From positions 576,001 to 640,000 of the forward strand of contig CAXXGO010000006.1 in assembly GCA_963666835.2 (NCBI GenBank): 64,000 nucleotides of DNA. Reading direction: 5' to 3'. Below the pieces are notes generated by a model, which had not been told where the DNA came from, made no database searches, and was given only the letters and a program-made list of their open reading frames with translations. A program made the position numbers and the translations under genes. Positions 59,401-64,000 of this stretch are shown in pieces (positions within the stretch are counted from its first letter, which is position 1; each line of letters opens with the position of its first letter). The stretch comes from Phycisphaerae bacterium (GTDB taxonomy: Bacteria; Planctomycetota; Phycisphaerae; UBA1845).

Positions 59401-60486
59401 CAACTGTTGAACGCCGTTTATCCCCCAATTCAATCTGCCATGGTCATGGTTGACCAGGCCGTGCGCTCCGGTCAAGCCCGGAAGGACCCCAAAGTCGTGC
59501 AGGAGATCGCAGGAGAGAGACGCTTCTGCGACATCACGGTCTACCCGCTGGTTACCGACGGCAACCAGGGGGCCGTGGTCCGGGTTGACGACGTGACCGA
59601 CCGGGTGCGGATCGAGGAGATTATGGTACAAACCGAGAAGATGATGTCCGTCGGCGGGCTTGCGGCCGGTATGGCTCACGAAATCAACAACCCTCTCGGC
59701 GGAATCATCCAGGGCGCTCAGAACATAGAACGCCGCCTGTCTCCGGAGTTGGCGATGAATGCCGAGGTCGCTCGCGAGTGCGGGCTGAATCTCGACACTA
59801 TGCGGCTCTACCTGGAGAAACGGGAGATTCCCAAGTTCCTGGCGGGCATTCGCGAGTCCGGCGCCCGCGCCGCGCGGATCGTTGCGAATATGCTCCAGTT
59901 CAGCCGAAAGAGCGAGCCTCACCGGGTGCCGGCCGATCTGGCTGAGCTGATCGACCGCACCGTCGAGTTGGCGGCCAACGACTACGACCTCAAGAAGAAA
60001 TTCGACTTCAGGCATATAGAAATCGTCCGCGATTACGACCCGGATCTCCCGCACGTGCCGGTCGTCACGACGGAGATAGAGCAAGTAATCCTGAACCTCC
60101 TGAGAAACGCCGCCCATGCCGTGCAGCAAGCCCCCGGCAACCGGCATCCTCGGTTTGTGCTTCGAACCAGGCTTGCGGGCGACATGGCCCGGATCGAGAT
60201 CGAGGACAACGGCCCCGGTATGTCCGAAGAGGTTCGGCGACGAGTGTTCGAGCCGTTCTTCACTACGAAGACCGTCGGTACCGGTACCGGACTCGGCCTG
60301 TCGGTCTCGTATATGATTATTACTAACAACCATCAGGGCAGAATGGTCGTGGAATCAGCTCCGGGAATCGGAGCGCGGTTCATTATCGAACTGCCCCTGG
60401 CGCACCGTGAATCCGGGACGGCAGCACTTCTGGAGAAGGTCGGTGTGTCCCGAACCGACGAGACTTCAAGGTCTCTCCCGGGATGA
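56413..60486 (+). CDS. Sensor histidine kinase: single Cache, ~6 PAS, HisKA and HATPase
   Basis: YFWIND..MVMHP..D.NGK..Y.W..KLSYV..WGWIIGTGMY (sCache_2 pattern), AHEINNP, NLLRNA, DNGPG and GTGLGL. Confidence 0.93.
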   Translation: MRIPARSLQIIAPAALSVALFWLALFHILLPSLERDIMTRKRNMLREMTTVTWTLLRDYEERVASGELTLEDAQSRAAKRLRNIRYGPEGKDYFWINDMDSIMVMHPYRNDLEGKNISKIADPNGKLIFVEVIETVKAKEAGFVEYGWQWKDDATRIVPKLSYVRGFAPWGWIIGTGMYLEDVRMEIAAVTGRLTRVCLMILAAVSALSLYVVCHSATIERKRRQAEAELTDYRDHLEELVETRTTELAATHEALRESERRLADIVDFLPEATFVIDRRGVVITWNRAMTELTGVAAEEMLGRGDYEYALHFYGERRPMLIDEALDPERGATAYYPAMEQQGDILTTEGFATTFRGGAHLWGMATALRDSQGRVVGAIESIRDTTSRVQAEEELSKHREHLEEMVSERTAELANANEQLRQEIADRRRAEEALSKEEERYRTIVETAGEGVWILDKDERTSFVNRQMAAMIGYSIEEIIGRRVTDFLDEEDRADFLSRRKPRREGVNEQYDLRFRRKDGSDVWTIINASPILDADRCFAGAFGMIMDITDRKHAENALRESEEKFRLLSDQALMGIHIIRDGVLEYVNQATAAMCGYSVAEMLSWAPNEFIKVIHPDDRPMVMEQARRKQNGSSDVVLNYEWRLLTSSGLVRRVESFSKTITYGDAPADFVMMIDVTERRQAEEAMLESQRRYREVFEGSRDGFVIVDTQGRITDANQAYCEMVGYSLDELRSMKDFYQITPQRWHDWEQSEIFRHRLLQIGYSGVYEKEYMRSDGNIIPVEIQAYAHRDEHGNPLYLWGIARDITERRRAEDDLAATTSFLDTIVDMSPFPMWVSDPAGTLIRTNHSLREALNLTEKQLVGVYNVLADANLDAQGLKPAVVDVFEKHEPARFSMSWKPGEVGNIDFGGARDRYVDISMFPILSAAGELTNVVCQWVDITERHRAEEELRRLRNYLSNVIDSMPSIMIGVDAEGRVTQWNRQAEQATGMPLGQAQGQLLNAVYPPIQSAMVMVDQAVRSGQARKDPKVVQEIAGERRFCDITVYPLVTDGNQGAVVRVDDVTDRVRIEEIMVQTEKMMSVGGLAAGMAHEINNPLGGIIQGAQNIERRLSPELAMNAEVARECGLNLDTMRLYLEKREIPKFLAGIRESGARAARIVANMLQFSRKSEPHRVPADLAELIDRTVELAANDYDLKKKFDFRHIEIVRDYDPDLPHVPVVTTEIEQVILNLLRNAAHAVQQAPGNRHPRFVLRTRLAGDMARIEIEDNGPGMSEEVRRRVFEPFFTTKTVGTGTGLGLSVSYMIITNNHQGRMVVESAPGIGARFIIELPLAHRESGTAALLEKVGVSRTDETSRSLPG

Positions 60487-60615
60487 GCCGGATTTTGACA
60501 TGCGGGAACCTCGACCGATCGTTACGGCAATAGGACTCTCATCCATGACCGAGGAAGGCTGCAAACAGAATCCGGCAATATCGTCGTTCATTGAACCTCG
60601 GAAGGAAACCGCGGA

Positions 60616-63600
60616 ATGAGCTTGCCGATTCGCTGGAAAGTAGCTCTTTTCACGGTTCTGCCCGTTCTCGGTGTCTATTCGGCGTTCATGGTCCTCGACG
60701 CTTCCGAGGGGCGAAGTCTTACGGAAGCCAATGCCAAGTGGCGTCTGAATGAACTCGCCCAACACGGCGCGCGGCTCTTCGACAGTCGCCTGCGCGGAAC
60801 CGCGCGTTGCGCGCGGATGACTGCCGCCTACATCGAGAACCACCCGCACCTGACGTCGGATGAGATATACGTCCTGCTTCAAGCCAATCTCGAGATAAGC
60901 CCCCTGGTGTACGGCTCCGCTATCTGTTTCGAACCTTACCAATACGACTCTAATCAGCGCGTAGTGGTGCGTTACGTTTTTCGGGACGGCGAGTCCTTGC
61001 GGCGAGTCGATCCCGCAGCCACCGGGTACGACTACACCACCGAGAACCAACAATACTGGCACGTCCCCAGAGACACCGGCAAGCCGCTGTGGACCGAGCC
61101 CTATTACGACGAAGGTGGCGGCAACATCCTGATGAGCACGTACTCCGTACCCTTCTTCCGCAACGGTGAATTCTGGGGCGTCGCCACGGTTGATATCCCC
61201 CTGGAACCGCTCCGGGAGCTGGCCAATGTTCCCATGCCGGAGCAGCATGCCCCCACGATCATCACTAGGAAAGGCACCTTCGTCTTCAGCCCGGTGCACG
61301 AGAGGATAAACCGGTCGATCTTCGAAATGTTCGATTCGGACGCCGGGGATGAGAGGATCGAACTCGCCAAGGCGATTGCCGCCGGCCAAAGCGGCATAAC
61401 GAGAGTGTCCGGCTGGGTCTCCGACGAACCCGAGTGGGCCGCACATGCGCCGATGGACTCAACCCAATGGGGTTTCGTGGTCAGCGTTCCCGAGCGAACC
61501 GCTATGGCGGCGGTTCGCGGTCAAGCCCGTCGCAACTACCTCGCCACGGGCACCGTCTTGGTTCTGGTTGTTGTCGGCCTCTGGTTCTTCTCCGTCCACA
61601 TATCAATGCCTATCACCAGTCTTGCGCGCGCCGTCAAAGCGATTGCCGCCGGAGATGTGGATGCAAGGGCCGAGAAGACGGGCGATGATGAGATCGGGCT
61701 TCTGGCAGATAGCTTCAACGACATGGCCGGGCGCATCGCCGAGCGCGAGAAAGCCCTCCGCGAAAGCGAGGAGCGTTTTCGGGCGATCGCGGAAGACACC
61801 CCGGTTCCGGTTTGTCGGTTCCTGCCCGGGGGCGTAATCACCTACGTCAACGCCGCGTTCTGCCGGAGTTTCGCCAAAACGTCCGAAGAACTGGTCGGGC
61901 AGACTTTTCTGCCGTTGATTCCGGAGGCGGACCGCGAAACCGTCATGGCCGACATCGCGATGTTGACGGTTGAGTCGCCGACGCAATCTCACGAGCACCG
62001 AGTTATCGCTGCCAACGGGGAGATTCGCTGGCACCGCTGGACGAACCGGGCGATCTTCGATGCCGCAGAGCAAGCCGTCGCCTACCAGGCCATCGGTCAG
62101 GACGTCACCGAGCGTAAACGCGCAGAAGAGGAGCATCTGGCCCACCTTCACTACTTGGAGAGTATGGAACGAATCGATCAAGCAATCCGGTCAACAACCA
62201 ATCTTGAGCAGATGCTGACCGATGTGCTTGACACGACCCTTTCGGTTTTCCAATGCGATCGAGCCTGGTTATTGTATCCATGCGATCCGAGCGCCACGAG
62301 CTGGCAAGTTCCCATGGAGAGTACGCGCCCGGAGTACCCGGGAGTCCACGCCTTGGGCGTCGACATGCCGATGAACGCCGATTTGGCGAAAGCCCTTCAG
62401 ACGCTGTTGGACACTGACGGGCCGGTACGCTATGACCCCCAAAGCGATAGCCAATTAGGCGCGGAAGCCGCCGAGCCGTACGGCATCAAGTCGCAGTTGT
62501 GCATGGCCGTGTACCCCAAGCAGGATAAACCCTGGGTCTTTGGTTTGCATCAATGTTCCCATGGCCGGGTGTGGACGGAACCGGATCAGAGGATCTTCCA
62601 GGAGATCGGTCGTCGAATCGCGGATGCTACCAGTAGCCTGGTATTCCTGCGCAACCTCGAAGCAAGCGAAAGGCGCTTCCGCACCCTGGTTTCGAACATC
62701 CCCGGGGCGGTGTACGAGTCTGAAAACGACCCGCAGTGGACGGTGCACTTCATTAGCGATGCTATTGAGGGAATCTCGGGCTACCCCGCCGCGGAGTTCG
62801 TGCAGAACCGGGTCCGGGCTTATGCCGACGTCATCCACCCCGACGATGTCGAGCTGGTCGATCGGGGCGTCCAGCAGGGTATTCGAGATCACGAGCCCTT
62901 CATGCTCGAGTATCGTATCATCGCCGCGGACGGAGTCATCCGGTGGGTCTACGAGAAGGGTAGGGGAGTGTGGAACGATGCCGGAGAACTGACCTGCCTC
63001 AACGGCGTCATTTTTGACATTACCGAACACCGGGAGGCATTCGAAGAGATTCGGCATCTTCGCAACTACCTCAAGAATGTCATCGATTCCATGCCGTCCG
63101 TGTTGATCGGCGTGGATGCCGAGGGCGTGATCACTCAGTGGAATCTGGCGGCGGAGCGTGCCACTAGCATGTCATCCGATGAAGCCGCCGGGCAACCTCT
63201 TGCGCGGGCATTCCCGCGCCTCGGCGATGTGATGGAGTCGGTTCATGAATCGATGCTTCAGCGCCAGACCGTATCTCTGCCCAGGCGGGTCCGGCGCGAC
63301 GGCGGCGAGACGCGATTCGAAGACGTGACTGTCTTCCCCCTGATCGCCAGCGACGTCAAAGGTGCCGTTATCCGCGTGGACGATGTCACTGACCGTGTGC
63401 GGATCGAAGAGATGATGGTCCAGACCGAGAAGATGATGTCCGTCGGTGGGCTCGCGGCCGGCATGGCCCACGAAATCAACAATCCCCTCGGCGGGATCAT
63501 CCAGGGAGCGCAGAACATCCAGCGACGCGTCTCGTCGGATCTTCCGAAGAACGTCGCCGTCGCCGCCGAGTGCGGCGTTGATCTGGAGGCCATGCGCGCC

Positions 63601-64000
63601 TACCTCGAGAAACGCGACATTCTCCGATTCCTGAGCGGCATTCGCGAATCCGGAGCCCGCGCCGCCCGCATTGTCGGAAACATGCTCCAATTCAGCCGCC
63701 GAAGCGACTCACACCGAACTCCATCCGATTTGTCTGAGCTGATCGACAATACGCTCGAGTTGGCCTCCAGTGACTATGATCTCCGCCGAGGCTTCGACTT
63801 CCGCTACATAGAACTTATCCGTGAGTATGACCCCGACTTGCCGACCGTATCGGTGGTGGCTCCTGAAATCGAACAAGTGCTTCTGAACATCCTGAGAAAC
63901 GCCGCCCAGGCGATGCTGGCCGACTCCGAAACCAAGAAGCCCCGGCTGATCCTCCGGACGATGTCCGTCGGTGACATGGCCCGCATCGAAATCGAGGACA
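60616..64000 (+). CDS. Sensor histidine kinase (dCache, HAMP, PAS, GAF, PAS, PAS, HisKA), 3'-truncated by the window edge and absent from the supplied ORF track
   Basis: My translation from ATG 60616 (AAGGA RBS): MSLPIRWKVALF.., WTEPYYDEGGGNILMSTYSVPF..GVATVD (dCache), DEIGLLADSFNDM (HAMP), AHEINNPLGG and NILRNAAQA. I saw no stop codon before the window end. Confidence 0.92.
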   Translation, partial: MSLPIRWKVALFTVLPVLGVYSAFMVLDASEGRSLTEANAKWRLNELAQHGARLFDSRLRGTARCARMTAAYIENHPHLTSDEIYVLLQANLEISPLVYGSAICFEPYQYDSNQRVVVRYVFRDGESLRRVDPAATGYDYTTENQQYWHVPRDTGKPLWTEPYYDEGGGNILMSTYSVPFFRNGEFWGVATVDIPLEPLRELANVPMPEQHAPTIITRKGTFVFSPVHERINRSIFEMFDSDAGDERIELAKAIAAGQSGITRVSGWVSDEPEWAAHAPMDSTQWGFVVSVPERTAMAAVRGQARRNYLATGTVLVLVVVGLWFFSVHISMPITSLARAVKAIAAGDVDARAEKTGDDEIGLLADSFNDMAGRIAEREKALRESEERFRAIAEDTPVPVCRFLPGGVITYVNAAFCRSFAKTSEELVGQTFLPLIPEADRETVMADIAMLTVESPTQSHEHRVIAANGEIRWHRWTNRAIFDAAEQAVAYQAIGQDVTERKRAEEEHLAHLHYLESMERIDQAIRSTTNLEQMLTDVLDTTLSVFQCDRAWLLYPCDPSATSWQVPMESTRPEYPGVHALGVDMPMNADLAKALQTLLDTDGPVRYDPQSDSQLGAEAAEPYGIKSQLCMAVYPKQDKPWVFGLHQCSHGRVWTEPDQRIFQEIGRRIADATSSLVFLRNLEASERRFRTLVSNIPGAVYESENDPQWTVHFISDAIEGISGYPAAEFVQNRVRAYADVIHPDDVELVDRGVQQGIRDHEPFMLEYRIIAADGVIRWVYEKGRGVWNDAGELTCLNGVIFDITEHREAFEEIRHLRNYLKNVIDSMPSVLIGVDAEGVITQWNLAAERATSMSSDEAAGQPLARAFPRLGDVMESVHESMLQRQTVSLPRRVRRDGGETRFEDVTVFPLIASDVKGAVIRVDDVTDRVRIEEMMVQTEKMMSVGGLAAGMAHEINNPLGGIIQGAQNIQRRVSSDLPKNVAVAAECGVDLEAMRAYLEKRDILRFLSGIRESGARAARIVGNMLQFSRRSDSHRTPSDLSELIDNTLELASSDYDLRRGFDFRYIELIREYDPDLPTVSVVAPEIEQVLLNILRNAAQAMLADSETKKPRLILRTMSVGDMARIEIED

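Overview
High-GC bacterial DNA. The protein repertoire (PEP-CTERM protein, DCNxNGxPDEC repeats, dockerin-like pairs, a CxxCGYDLxG zinc-ribbon membrane protein, an Asn/Asp-linker lipoprotein) suggests a planctomycete, probably Phycisphaerae; this is inference. About 33 CDS are supported. They include housekeeping and metabolic genes (folC, aroB, maf, hutU, a serA-like dehydrogenase), envelope genes, many signalling genes (MCP, FHA, PilZ-like, three large PAS kinases, a REC-PP2C/STAS pair), a short isolated flagellin, an orphan DNA methyltransferase and a radical SAM protein. The most striking feature is a 16-kb co-oriented run (14901-30890) of five secreted enzymes: one peptidyl-arginine/agmatine deiminase, one papain-family C1 protease and three gingipain-like C25 proteases. 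All five end in the same ~195-200-aa C-terminal domain, which carries a degenerate dockerin-like pair and a terminal YPFxxPxxCP motif. This is a candidate sorting, anchoring or assembly module for an extracellular proteolysis/deimination system. One C25 catalytic domain is split by a circularly permuted insert. Two intergenic mosaics of REP-like palindromes are bounded by long inverted repeats (6327-6795 and 31011-32072), and the second encloses a gene. No rRNA, tRNA, CRISPR array or transposase was recognised. All family calls come from motif recognition by eye; no database searches were run.
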